A DNA stretch of 64,000 nucleotides from Marispirochaeta sp. GTDB lineage: Bacteria; Spirochaetota; Spirochaetia; JC444; Marispirochaetaceae. The position numbers and the translations under genes were made by a program. Numbering within the stretch: the stretch's first letter is position 1; the number at the start of each line of letters is the position of its first letter. The stretch lies in NCBI GenBank assembly GCA_963676835.2, contig CAXXFF010000002.1, positions 736,001 to 800,000 of the forward strand. The letters run 5' to 3'. This document shows, one piece after another, positions 21,177-31,057 of the stretch. The notes beneath the pieces were generated by a model. That model saw only the letters and a list, made by a program, of their open reading frames with translations, did no database searches and had not been told where the DNA came from.

Positions 21177-22367
21177 ATGAACATTGTACACCGGGCAACG
21201 GTCCTGGTAATTGACAGCTTTGGTATCGGAGAGGCTCCGGACGCTGAAGCCTTTGGAGATGCAGGAGCCAATACAGCGCTGCATATCTGTGAAAAAGCAA
21301 AAAAAGTAGAATGGCAGAACCTGCAGAACCTTGGGTTGGGAAATGCAGCAGGTTTACTTGGCACCTCTCTTCCCGGCTGCCCTGCGGCGGCTGAACCTGC
21401 AGCTTCCTGGGGTGTGCTGCAGGAGGTTTCTCCGGGAAAGGATACCACCACAGGCCACTGGGAGCTTGCGGGACTGGAGCTTGAAAATCCTTTTTTTACC
21501 TTTCCTCCGGAGTACCCCTCCTTTCCGGAAGAACTGACCTCCGAGCTGACCCGCCGCACCGGGCGGGGGGTAATCGGAAACTGTGCCGCATCGGGCACTG
21601 CCATTATCGATGAACTCGGTGCACAGCACATGCAGACCGGCGATCTTATCTGCTATACCTCGGCGGACTCTGTTTTCCAGATTGCCGCCCATGAAGAGAT
21701 TGTACCCCTGGAAGAACTCTACAGCATCTGTGCCATAGCAAGAGAACTCTGCGACACCTATTCCCTGGCCCGGGTAATTGCCCGGCCGTTTATAGGCAAA
21801 CCTGGAGATTTTTCCAGAACAAAAAACCGCCGGGACTTTTCCCTTGCGCTGCCGGGTGAAACCATTCTTGAACACCTGAATAAAGCCGGCGTCAACACCG
21901 TGGGAGTGGGAAAAATCGGCGATATATTCAATGAGAAGGGCTTGAGTGAAAGCTACCACGACAAAGGGAATCCAGCCTGTCTGGAACGGACAAAAGAACT
22001 CCTTGCCCGCAAACCTGCAGCAGGGGGTGAGTTTCTCTTTGTGAACCTGGTGGACACCGACATGATTTACGGTCACCGCAGGGATCCCCAGGGCTATCAC
22101 GATGCGGTAGCCGCTGTAGATAAGAAAATCCCGGAACTGATCGACCTGCTTGGAGAGGATGAACTGCTTATCATTACCGCAGATCACGGCTGCGATCCCA
22201 CCTTCAGAGGCACTGATCATACCCGGGAGTATGTTCCCATGCTTCTTTATCGTAAAGGTGCAGTTCCGGGATCCCTTGGAATCCGCCGGGGCTTCTATGA
22301 TCTTGCCGCCAGTCTGGCCGATTACTTTGAGTCCGGGGCCTTCCCGAAAGGGGCATCCATGTTATGA
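21177..22367 (+). CDS. deoB: Phosphopentomutase
   Basis: VIDSFGIG, GKDTTTGHWEL, YTSADSVFQIAAHE, TADHGCDP, DHTREYVP. Confidence 0.97.
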   Translation: MNIVHRATVLVIDSFGIGEAPDAEAFGDAGANTALHICEKAKKVEWQNLQNLGLGNAAGLLGTSLPGCPAAAEPAASWGVLQEVSPGKDTTTGHWELAGLELENPFFTFPPEYPSFPEELTSELTRRTGRGVIGNCAASGTAIIDELGAQHMQTGDLICYTSADSVFQIAAHEEIVPLEELYSICAIARELCDTYSLARVIARPFIGKPGDFSRTKNRRDFSLALPGETILEHLNKAGVNTVGVGKIGDIFNEKGLSESYHDKGNPACLERTKELLARKPAAGGEFLFVNLVDTDMIYGHRRDPQGYHDAVAAVDKKIPELIDLLGEDELLIITADHGCDPTFRGTDHTREYVPMLLYRKGAVPGSLGIRRGFYDLAASLADYFESGAFPKGASML

Positions 22368-22453
22368 TACCCCTGTATCCCCGGGGTTCTGTGATACAAT
22401 GGGGTATATTTCATAATGATTTAAAGCGTCCGTTAAAGTGAGGGACAGACAGA

Positions 22454-24910
22454 ATGAAACGTAAATTGTTCTTAATTACTATTGCTGCACTTTTTATGCT
22501 TACCGGCCTGTTCGCCGGAGGCAACAAGGAAGTCCCGGAGGTTCCGCCGGTATCCTCTGGTACCCAGTATATTTCGCCCAATGGGGACGGTGTGCAGGAT
22601 TCGGCTACCCTGGCATTTACCGCCAAGGTATATGTAAAGAGTAAAGAGGGATACATTCCCGAATACGGAATCCAGATTTTTAACGAGTCCGGGAAGCTGG
22701 TTCATGAGGTTGTTGAAAAAGAGCCTTCCGATGTGAACTGGTTTTTTGCTCTCTTCCGGGGTTATGACCTTTTCGAGCTTGAAAAAGAGATTACCTGGGA
22801 CGGCATGGATAAGTCCGGAAAACAGGTTACCGACGGTATCTACAAGGTCAAACTCTACGTGGTTGACTCTTCGGATAACCGCAGTGAAGTGGATGTAGAA
22901 AACTTTATTGTCGATGTTCTGCCTCCTGAAGCAGAAATTACCGCTCCTCCCATGGATCTTTTCAGCCCCAATGGCGACGGAGTTGCAGATGTCTATATTA
23001 TCCAGCAGACCGGGTCTGAAGAGAACGAGTGGAAAGGCTCCTTCCTCAATGCCGCAGGAACAGTTGTGCGCAGCTACAGCTGGACCGATTCTGCTCCCGG
23101 AGATGTGCTATGGGACGGCAAGAACGATCAGGGGACTAAAGTAGATGACGGCATCTACAGCTACTCCCTGAAATCCACAGACCTGGCGGGAAACGAATCA
23201 GAAGAATATACCATTGAGGAAATTGTTCTGAATGCCCGTACTCCGGCGATCTCCCTGGAAGTGGATAATGCCTATTTCTCTCCCAACGGCGACGGTGTGA
23301 AGGATACCGTAACGGTAAGCACCAGTGTGGAAAACAGTGACGAGGTAGTCTCCTGGTCCGGCTCAATTCTCAGTGACAACCAGAAGACCCTGGCTGTGAT
23401 AAATGCCGAAGGGGGCGTCCCCGAGAGCTACCTGCTTACAGGCTACTCCGAGAATGGGGAGCGGCTTCCGGAAGGATTTTATACCATCAGATATACCGTA
23501 ACCTACGATAACGGGTTCTCCACCTCCGCAGAGCGGCGGGTGCGTCTGGATGTTACAAAGCCGGAGGTTGAAATCCGCTACGATCATGTCTTCTCTCCCA
23601 ATGGCGACGGCCAGAATGACTTCAATGATATTGCCATACGGCCATCGGAAAATGTCTCCTGGGAAGGTCAGATCCTGGACAGCAGCGCCAATGTTCTGTT
23701 TCAGGGAAGCGGTAACGAGATTATCCGCCAGTTCCGCTGGGACGGTTATGGCCCCGACGGCCAGGTACTCCCCGACGGTGCCTATTTTGTCAAAGGTGTA
23801 TTCACCGATCCTGCGGGCAACCGCTTTGTCCCTGACCCTATCGAGGTTGATATCGATAACCGGCCGGTAAGTATTGCCATGACCACCCCCAAAGGCTTCT
23901 CTCCCAACAGCGACGGCGAAGAGGATGTTCTGCCGGTGATTCTTGAGCCGACCCTCAATGCGGAAGTGGCCAACTGGAAAGTCTCCTTCGAGAATCTCGA
24001 TGGAGTTGTCATGAAGAGCTATACCGGTACCGGGGAACTTCCGGATACCGTATTCTGGGACGGCTCCCAGGAGGGCTCTTCCGGCCTGGCTGCGGAAGGA
24101 TTCTATTCCGCCTATATGAAGACCGTCTATGCCAAGGGCGATGTGGTCGAACTCCGGTCCGACAGTTTCACCCTGGACAATACTCCGCCGAAAGTACGGC
24201 TTGCGGTTACATCCAAACCCTTTGCCCAGTCAAATGGAGATATTGAGGGTGAGGTAACAGTAGCCATAGAGGTTGAAGAAGAGACCGGTGTAGCTGAATG
24301 GACCATGGATATTCTCAACAGCAAAGGTGAAGTTATCCGCAGCTATGCCGGAAACGGAGATCCTGCTGATCAGATTTCCTGGAACGGTACGGTAAGCAAT
24401 GGTTCTCCGGCGGATCCTCAGGATAACTATGATGTCCGGGTAACTATTACCGATATGGGCGGTAACTCTGCCACCTACACCGAGGCTCTGCCCTTTGATA
24501 TCGCTATTATCGTACGTAACGGTAAATACTATATCCTTACACCGAACATCATTTTCGGTGCCTACAAGTCTGCCCTCAACTCAGCAGGGGAAGTTATGCT
24601 GAAGAACAACAACGACTCCATAGAGCGGGCCGCAGAAATTCTTAAGCGCTATCCTGATTATAACCTGGTGCTGGAAGGACATGCCCTGAACATCTACCTT
24701 GACGGTCCGAGAGAAGACCGGGAAGAAGCCATTCTGGTTCCCCTGACCGAGAAGCGTGCCGCAGTGGTTCGCGATGCCCTGATTGAAGCGGGAATTGATC
24801 CCGACCGCATCAGCATTGAGGCCTTCGGCGGAGAGTTCCCCATAGTTTCTGTCACCGACAAAATGATCTGGTGGAAAAACCGGCGGGTTGAGTTCCGGCT
24901 GGAAAAATAG
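22454..24910 (+). CDS. Exported OmpA-domain protein with repeated FlgD/Ig-like (SPNGDG...WDG) modules
   Basis: Signal peptide; five SPN[G/S]DG repeats with WDG/WNG motifs; C-terminal OmpA-like domain (LEGHA...KRAAVVRDAL...KNRRVEF). Confidence 0.85.
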   Translation: MKRKLFLITIAALFMLTGLFAGGNKEVPEVPPVSSGTQYISPNGDGVQDSATLAFTAKVYVKSKEGYIPEYGIQIFNESGKLVHEVVEKEPSDVNWFFALFRGYDLFELEKEITWDGMDKSGKQVTDGIYKVKLYVVDSSDNRSEVDVENFIVDVLPPEAEITAPPMDLFSPNGDGVADVYIIQQTGSEENEWKGSFLNAAGTVVRSYSWTDSAPGDVLWDGKNDQGTKVDDGIYSYSLKSTDLAGNESEEYTIEEIVLNARTPAISLEVDNAYFSPNGDGVKDTVTVSTSVENSDEVVSWSGSILSDNQKTLAVINAEGGVPESYLLTGYSENGERLPEGFYTIRYTVTYDNGFSTSAERRVRLDVTKPEVEIRYDHVFSPNGDGQNDFNDIAIRPSENVSWEGQILDSSANVLFQGSGNEIIRQFRWDGYGPDGQVLPDGAYFVKGVFTDPAGNRFVPDPIEVDIDNRPVSIAMTTPKGFSPNSDGEEDVLPVILEPTLNAEVANWKVSFENLDGVVMKSYTGTGELPDTVFWDGSQEGSSGLAAEGFYSAYMKTVYAKGDVVELRSDSFTLDNTPPKVRLAVTSKPFAQSNGDIEGEVTVAIEVEEETGVAEWTMDILNSKGEVIRSYAGNGDPADQISWNGTVSNGSPADPQDNYDVRVTITDMGGNSATYTEALPFDIAIIVRNGKYYILTPNIIFGAYKSALNSAGEVMLKNNNDSIERAAEILKRYPDYNLVLEGHALNIYLDGPREDREEAILVPLTEKRAAVVRDALIEAGIDPDRISIEAFGGEFPIVSVTDKMIWWKNRRVEFRLEK

Positions 24911-24931
24911 CAGAATATTTATAACTAAACT

Positions 24932-24968
24932 GTGGAGACGCCCAATTTGGGCGTCTTCACTCTTTTTT
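24932..24968 (+). terminator. Rho-independent terminator between convergent genes
   Basis: GTGGAGACGCCCAA-T-TTGGGCGTCTTCAC followed by TCTTTTTT. Confidence 0.75.
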
Positions 24969-26388
24969 ATCTGTGCTTCAATGGGAACTCAACCGAAAAG
25001 CAGACCCCGCCGTGCGGCAGGTTTTCCACCGCAGCTCTGCCCCCGTGGGCTTCGGTAACCGCTTTTACCAGGCTGAGACCAAGACCCAGGCCGGATACTC
25101 CGGTATCGGCACCCCGGTAAAGACGGTCCCATATCCTGGGGAGATCATCTTCGCTTATCCTGGGGCCCTGATTGCTTATTTTCAGCTGAAACAGGTTCTT
25201 CTCATCCAGGACCCGGCCGCTTACTTCTATCTGTCCCTTTTCCGGGGAAAACTTGACTGCGTTATCCAGTAAATTTCCCGCTGCCTGACTGAACCGGGCC
25301 GGGTCTGCATAGATTATCTCCGGGAATGTGCCGGATAGTTCAATCTGTATATCCCTGTCTGCACCGGCGAAACTGTATATTTCAACCAGCTTTTCCAGGA
25401 CTTGCCGGGGGTGCATTTTTTCTCGATGCAGCTTGAGAATCCCCGATTCTGCCTCGGAAATATCCATCAGGGCTGTCAGCAGGGTCAGAATTCGTTCTGA
25501 CTCTTCCAGGGCGTCTGAAAGGGCTTCCTCCCGCTGATTCTCATTGCTGCTTTGAAGCGCAAGTTCCGCTCCTCCCCGAAGGCGGGTTAAGGGAGTCCGC
25601 AGGTCGTGGGCTACGGCATCCAGGGTTTCTTTCATCCGCGAGACGAGTCCTTCAATGCGGTCCAGGAGGCGGTTGAAGCTGACAGAGAGTTCGTCTATCT
25701 CATCTCCTGTATTTCTGTCCGGAAGCCGGGAGCTTAAATCTCCGGTGGAAGTAATCTCTTTCAGGGAAAAAGAGAGCCTGCGTATGGGGGCAACCGCCCG
25801 GGAGGCCAGAATCAGGCCTGCACTGAGGCCGAATACCAGCACAAAGGCCAGGAAAAAGAGAAAGTTCCGGCGGTAAAGAGCAAGTAGGGCTTCCCGTTTT
25901 TCGCTGCTGGTGCCTACCTGCAGCAGGTAGTTCTGGTCAAGCTTTATGGTGTTTACCTCCAGAACAAACTCGCGGCCGGGATCTTCTATCTGCAGCTTTT
26001 TTCCAAGATCTTCCGGGGCCTTTGCTTCAAGATATTCGAGTATGGAGAAGGAGTCCCAGTGTTCGGGATAGCTTAAGAACAGGGTGCGGTTTTCCAGGTC
26101 TGCCAGGCGGATAAAAAAGGGGCGGTCGTCAAAGATAAGGCTTTCCGCCTGAAACTCATCCATCAGCCCCTCTATGCCGGTAGCCTGATAGCGGGCCCAG
26201 TAGCTGAGCAGCCGGTCGCGGGCATACTGTTCGTCGTCTGCATTGAGGGAGCGGTAGAGGGTATAAAATGTCCCTCCGAAGAGGATTATCGAAGAGAGAA
26301 TCAGAACCAGGAAGAAAATTCCCGCCAGACGGATGTAAAGGGTAGGAGGCGTCGGATGAAACTTCCTACTCTTCCTGTTTGAGGACAT
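24967..26388 (-). CDS. HAMP-domain sensor histidine kinase (CusS/heavy-metal type)
   Basis: Two TM segments, HAMP, AHDLRTPLTRLR, NLLDNAVKF, GLGLGLSLV. Confidence 0.93.
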   Translation of the reverse strand: MSSNRKSRKFHPTPPTLYIRLAGIFFLVLILSSIILFGGTFYTLYRSLNADDEQYARDRLLSYWARYQATGIEGLMDEFQAESLIFDDRPFFIRLADLENRTLFLSYPEHWDSFSILEYLEAKAPEDLGKKLQIEDPGREFVLEVNTIKLDQNYLLQVGTSSEKREALLALYRRNFLFFLAFVLVFGLSAGLILASRAVAPIRRLSFSLKEITSTGDLSSRLPDRNTGDEIDELSVSFNRLLDRIEGLVSRMKETLDAVAHDLRTPLTRLRGGAELALQSSNENQREEALSDALEESERILTLLTALMDISEAESGILKLHREKMHPRQVLEKLVEIYSFAGADRDIQIELSGTFPEIIYADPARFSQAAGNLLDNAVKFSPEKGQIEVSGRVLDEKNLFQLKISNQGPRISEDDLPRIWDRLYRGADTGVSGLGLGLSLVKAVTEAHGGRAAVENLPHGGVCFSVEFPLKHR

Positions 26389-27043
26389 AGCCCACGCCCC
26401 GTACGGTATGAATCAGTTTCTTTTCGAAGTCCTTGTCTACTTTGCTTCTGAGCCGGGAGACCAGCACATCCACTACATTGGTCTGAGGATCAAATGAGTA
26501 GTCCCAGATGTGCTCCATTATCATGGTTTTGGAAAGTACCTGTCCCTGATTGCGTATAAGGTATTCAAGCAGGGCAAACTCACGGGGCTGCAGATCCAGT
26601 CTGGTTCCGCCCCGGCTTGCCTGATGGCTGATGAGATCGAGCTCAAGATCTCCTGCACTGAAGCGTGATGCTGAAGGGGTGCGGGTGGAGCGGCGGATCA
26701 GCGACTGGACTCTTGCCATGAGCTCGGCAAAAGAGAAGGGCTTTACCAGATAGTCATCCCCTCCGGAGCGGAAGCCTGAGACCCGGTCATCCACATCCCG
26801 TTTTGCACTGAGAATAAGAATTGGTGTCTGGTTTCCCTGGCCTCGCAGGTTCTCTATCAGGGTAAGACCGTCAATACCGGGGAGCATAATGTCCACTATG
26901 GCCGCATCATACTCCCTGCTGCTCATAAGGTCGTAACCGGCTTCTCCGCTGGGGGCATGGTCAACGGCAAATCCCGCTTCTTTCAGCCCTTTTTTAAGGA
27001 AGTCGGCAATGCCGGAATCATCTTCTACTATGCAGATATTCAT
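26366..27043 (-). CDS. OmpR-family response regulator (CusR-like)
   Basis: Receiver domain (VEDD, DIMLPG, KPF) plus winged helix (TNVVDVLVSRLRSK, HTVRGVGY). Confidence 0.95.
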   Translation of the reverse strand: MNICIVEDDSGIADFLKKGLKEAGFAVDHAPSGEAGYDLMSSREYDAAIVDIMLPGIDGLTLIENLRGQGNQTPILILSAKRDVDDRVSGFRSGGDDYLVKPFSFAELMARVQSLIRRSTRTPSASRFSAGDLELDLISHQASRGGTRLDLQPREFALLEYLIRNQGQVLSKTMIMEHIWDYSFDPQTNVVDVLVSRLRSKVDKDFEKKLIHTVRGVGYVLKQEE

Positions 27044-27882
27044 AGGCTTTCAATAAACTCCACGGTCAGCAGGGTTATATCATCCTGGAACTGTTCTCCC
27101 CCCATAAACTCCAGCAGCCTGGTTATTACCTCGTTGCTGAGCAGCTCAATATCCATATCGCCGGCATCGCGTATAATGCTGAGAAGGCGCTCCCTGCCGA
27201 AGGGCTGCATCTTCGAGTCGGTGGTTTCCAAGAGGCCGTCGGTATAGAGCATAAGCCGGTCTCCGGATTGCAGGGTGAGTTTTCTTTCTTCGTATTTGGT
27301 TGTTTCAAAGGTTCCGAGAAAAAATCCCGGTGAGCTCAGAAGATCCGCTTCTCCGTTATCATGAATAATAATCTGTTTCGGGTGTCCCGCATTGGCGTAT
27401 ACGCACTCCATATTTTCCGTGTCCACGATTATATAGAAGGCGGTTATGTAGTGATCGGTACGGATCGTTCTGCAGAATTCTTCGTTTATTTTTGTAAGAA
27501 CCTGTGCAGGAGAATCGGTTCTGCAGGCAATGTGGGTAAAAGCGCTTTTCATCATGGCCGTCAAAAAGGCGGAGGCTACTCCGTGACCGGAAGCATCGGC
27601 AATGATTATACCGACTTTCCCGGAACCGAGAGAAATATAGTCGTAATAGTCTCCACCTACCGAAAGAAAGGGCAGATAACGGTGAGAAATGGTAAGAGGA
27701 AGATCCGCAGGGGTTTCTCTGGGCAGCAGACTCTTCTGCAGTTCACTTGCAAGAGCAAGTTCTTCAGTAATAGTACGGTTGCGTTCTTCAAGCAGTTTTT
27801 TTGCCTTTGCCAGCTGAACGGCCTGTTTTTTCAGTTTAATATAGGCCTCTTCCAAGGCTTTATGCTCTGACGATGCTTTCAT
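27040..27882 (-). CDS. PP2C/SpoIIE-family Ser/Thr phosphatase (RsbU-like)
   Basis: VGGDYYD, ADASGHGV, NAGH, LYTDGL, DDITLL; N-terminal coiled coil. Confidence 0.93.
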   Translation of the reverse strand: MKASSEHKALEEAYIKLKKQAVQLAKAKKLLEERNRTITEELALASELQKSLLPRETPADLPLTISHRYLPFLSVGGDYYDYISLGSGKVGIIIADASGHGVASAFLTAMMKSAFTHIACRTDSPAQVLTKINEEFCRTIRTDHYITAFYIIVDTENMECVYANAGHPKQIIIHDNGEADLLSSPGFFLGTFETTKYEERKLTLQSGDRLMLYTDGLLETTDSKMQPFGRERLLSIIRDAGDMDIELLSNEVITRLLEFMGGEQFQDDITLLTVEFIESL

Positions 27883-27946
27883 CCTGTATCCAATCTAAAA
27901 AAAAACTGGTAAAATTTGAATCTACTTTTTACACTTTAGCATATAT

Positions 27947-28858
27947 ATGAAAAATAAGCCTGATTTCATTCTAATTGATTTTTCTCCCCAAGAAGAAGAG
28001 CAGATCCGAAATCTCTTAAAAGAGCGAAAAGTCCGGATAGTTGCCTGTCAGAATACACCTGGCACAAGCCTGCCGGAAGCGGCACCGGGGGACAGAGTGC
28101 TCATTGCCCTGAGAAAAGGGCTGAACAGGGTTGATCTGGAGCTGATGCTTTACCGTTACCGCGAAGTACAGACCGGAGTTCTGGCTGAAGCGGATGCACC
28201 GGAGCTGCTTCTGTGGGCTGCATCTAAAGGTCCGGTACCTGCAGCCCTGCTTCCGGCGGAGAATGATGATCTTTCCAGGCTGATCAATGAGATGGACCGA
28301 AAGGCCGGGGATGAACAGTCAAGGCAGCGGCTTTGTAAGGGGCTTCTCTCCTTAGAACACCGCTATCAATGGAAGGCGTCAGAGCTGCAGATATCAAGGG
28401 TTGCATCCCATCTCGCTGGCCTCTTTCATCTTACCGGGTACTGTCACGGTACGGACAGTATGGATACGGTTAAGCTGGCAGTGGAGGAGGCCCTGGCAAA
28501 CAGCCTTGAGCATGGATGCCTTGAGCTTGATTCTTCCATGAAACGGGACGGGCTGGCGGGGACACTTCGCTATGAATCACTTCTTGCCGAAAGGCTTCAG
28601 GATCCATATTTCGGCAGCAGACTGATCACTATTGATTTTTCCCTCCTCGGAGGGCTTGGAATTCTGACCATCGAAGATGAAGGTACAGGATTTGATATCA
28701 CCATTGCGGAAAAACAACTGGACCGTATTCGCAAAGGAAAAACAATAGAGATGGGGTCTGGAAAGGGTATATATCTGATATACTCAGTTTTCGACTCCAT
28801 ACAGTTTCTTGCCGGAGGAAGAATCCTGCGGCTGGAATTGAAGAGTCAGGAGGAATAA
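27947..28858 (+). CDS. Anti-sigma-factor-type Ser/Thr kinase (HATPase_c_2) with degenerate N-terminal receiver-like region
   Basis: LAVEEALANSLEHG, IEDEGTGFD, GKGIYLI. Confidence 0.75.
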   Translation: MKNKPDFILIDFSPQEEEQIRNLLKERKVRIVACQNTPGTSLPEAAPGDRVLIALRKGLNRVDLELMLYRYREVQTGVLAEADAPELLLWAASKGPVPAALLPAENDDLSRLINEMDRKAGDEQSRQRLCKGLLSLEHRYQWKASELQISRVASHLAGLFHLTGYCHGTDSMDTVKLAVEEALANSLEHGCLELDSSMKRDGLAGTLRYESLLAERLQDPYFGSRLITIDFSLLGGLGILTIEDEGTGFDITIAEKQLDRIRKGKTIEMGSGKGIYLIYSVFDSIQFLAGGRILRLELKSQEE

Positions 28859-28859
28859 T

Positions 28860-29171
28860 GTGAATATTTCAGTGGAACAGCAGGGTGACAAAACATCAGT
28901 AGTCCGCATTGACGGCAATATTGATACCGAGAGCGGACGCGACTTGTCTGTGACAATAATGGGACTGATGGAGAATTCCTCCCTGAGCCATGTATCTTTT
29001 GATATGAGTACCGTAAACACAGTTACCTCCGCGGCAATCGGAAAACTGCTGAACTTTTTCAAATATATGAATTCCATCGGCGGAACCATGGAGATAAAGG
29101 GTATATCCGATACCCTGCTTAACCAGTTTCGTGAGATTCATCTGGACCGGATCTTTCCGGTATCCCAGTAA
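28860..29171 (+). CDS. STAS domain anti-sigma factor antagonist
   Basis: 103 aa; IDGNID, FDMSTVNTVTSAAIGKLL (phospho-Ser position), LDRIF. Confidence 0.88.
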   Translation: MNISVEQQGDKTSVVRIDGNIDTESGRDLSVTIMGLMENSSLSHVSFDMSTVNTVTSAAIGKLLNFFKYMNSIGGTMEIKGISDTLLNQFREIHLDRIFPVSQ

Positions 29172-29188
29172 TACAAGGACGGCTTCCT

Positions 29189-30193
29189 GTGGATATCCGT
29201 TTACGCGAACCCGATGATTTCCATCTTCATCTGAGACAGGGCGAGCTGCTGGAGACGGTGGCGCCCTTGACCGCCGGTACCTTTCGCCGCGGCATTGTTA
29301 TGCCCAATACAGTGCCTCCGGTAATCAATGCCACCGGCCTTGAAGCATACCGCAGCGAAATTACCGCCGCGGCTCATGGATTTGAGCCTCTTATGACCTT
29401 TAAGCTAATTCCCGGTCTTGAGCCTGATGAAATTGCACGGATGGCACGGGCGGGGGCTCTGGTGGGAAAGTACTATCCTGCAGGGGCCACAACAAATGCG
29501 GAAGACGGTTTTGCCGACATCAAGGCGGCGTTTCCTCTTTTTCACACTCTCCAGTCTGAAGGGCTTGTTTTGAGTATTCACGGAGAAGATCCGGATAAAC
29601 CGATTCTCGAACGGGAAGCAGCCTTTCTTGCTCAGGTACAGACAATTATCGATAACTTTCCTCGCTTGAGGATAGTTCTGGAACATCTTTCCTGTCGTGA
29701 ATCTGTTGATGCTGTGCGGGCCTGGCCAGAGCGGGTCGCGGCGACCATTACTGCCCATCACCTGGCATTTTCTCTTGAAGATCTTTTAGGAGGGGCGCTG
29801 AACCATAATCTTTTCTGTAAGCCTGTGGTTAAAGGCCTTGCGCATCAGAAAGCTCTTATTGAAGCTGCAGTATCCGGAGAAGGCCGATTCTTTTTCGGGT
29901 CCGACAGTGCTCCCCACTCTCATTCTGCAAAATGCCGGGGTGCCGCCGGATCTTTTACTGCCCCGGTTGCCCTGCCCCTTCTGGCTGAAATATTCAGTAA
30001 GGCCGGAAAGCTTGATGCCCTGGAGGATTTTACCTCCCGGTTTGGTGCCGAGTTCTATCACCTGCCGCAGAACAGGGGTGAGGTGCTCCTTTCCCGGCAG
30101 GATTTTCATGTGCCTGAAGAGTACGGCGGAGTTGTTCCCCTCTGCGCAGGACAGACTCTGCCCTGGCGGGTAGCTGACCGCTCCGCTTCCTGA
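29189..30193 (+). CDS. pyrC: Dihydroorotase (homodimeric, E. coli type)
   Basis: PDDFHLHLR, MPNT, KYYPAGATTN, CKPV, FFGSDSAPH. Confidence 0.95.
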   Translation: MDIRLREPDDFHLHLRQGELLETVAPLTAGTFRRGIVMPNTVPPVINATGLEAYRSEITAAAHGFEPLMTFKLIPGLEPDEIARMARAGALVGKYYPAGATTNAEDGFADIKAAFPLFHTLQSEGLVLSIHGEDPDKPILEREAAFLAQVQTIIDNFPRLRIVLEHLSCRESVDAVRAWPERVAATITAHHLAFSLEDLLGGALNHNLFCKPVVKGLAHQKALIEAAVSGEGRFFFGSDSAPHSHSAKCRGAAGSFTAPVALPLLAEIFSKAGKLDALEDFTSRFGAEFYHLPQNRGEVLLSRQDFHVPEEYGGVVPLCAGQTLPWRVADRSAS

Positions 30194-30245
30194 TACTATC
30201 CTGATAATAACCAGAGACCATAATGCATCCGGAGAAATCACACTC

Positions 30246-30998
30246 ATGAAATTTCGTCCCTGTATCGACCTCCACGAAGGCAAGGTCAAACAGATAGTAG
30301 GCGGTACTCTCAACGACAGCGGGGCCACGGAGAACTATGTTTCTACCCGGGGTGCCGCCTTTTATGCGGCTCTGTACCGGGAGAAAGGCCTCACCGGAGG
30401 CCATATCATCATGCTCGGACCGGGTAACCGTGAGCAGGCACTAACTGCATTGAGGGAGTATCCCGGAGGAATGCAGGTGGGGGGCGGGATTAATCCGGAA
30501 AACGCCGCGGAGTTTCTTGAGGCAGGCGCGAGCCACGTAATAGTAACCTCCTGGGTTTTTCGGGACGGCCGTATCTCCCGGGATAACCTTGAAGCCATGG
30601 TCCGTTCTGTGGGTCGGGAAAACCTGGTTCTGGATCTGAGCTGCCGTAAAAGGGATGACGAATACTGGATAGTAACCGACCGCTGGCAGAAGTTTACCGA
30701 TACTAAGCTTGATGCGGAAACCCTTGCCGATCTGGGCGGCAGCTGTGATGAATTTCTCGTTCATGCCGCTGATGTTGAAGGTCGCCAGCAGGGCATCGAG
30801 GCTCCGGTTGTGGATCTTCTATCGGGATTTTCCCCGGTTCCGTCTGCCTATGCAGGGGGTATCCGCAATTTGGAAGATATTGAGCTTATTTCCAGTCTCG
30901 GCAGAAATGGTATTGATTTTACTGTGGGCAGTGCCCTTGATATATTTGGAGGGGCACTTTCGTTTGATGAGGTGAGTGCCCGCTACGGCAAAGATTGA
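30246..30998 (+). CDS. hisA: ProFAR isomerase, His6/eukaryotic-like HisA
   Basis: MKFRPCIDLHEGKVKQIVGGTL, LVLDLSCRK, DRWQKFT, EFLVHAADVEG, TVGSALDIFGG. Confidence 0.92.
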   Translation: MKFRPCIDLHEGKVKQIVGGTLNDSGATENYVSTRGAAFYAALYREKGLTGGHIIMLGPGNREQALTALREYPGGMQVGGGINPENAAEFLEAGASHVIVTSWVFRDGRISRDNLEAMVRSVGRENLVLDLSCRKRDDEYWIVTDRWQKFTDTKLDAETLADLGGSCDEFLVHAADVEGRQQGIEAPVVDLLSGFSPVPSAYAGGIRNLEDIELISSLGRNGIDFTVGSALDIFGGALSFDEVSARYGKD

Positions 30999-31057
30999 CA
31001 GAAGATTTGTCAATGGCAGATTACAAAAAGAAAACTGAATTCTGGAGATGAATTGTT

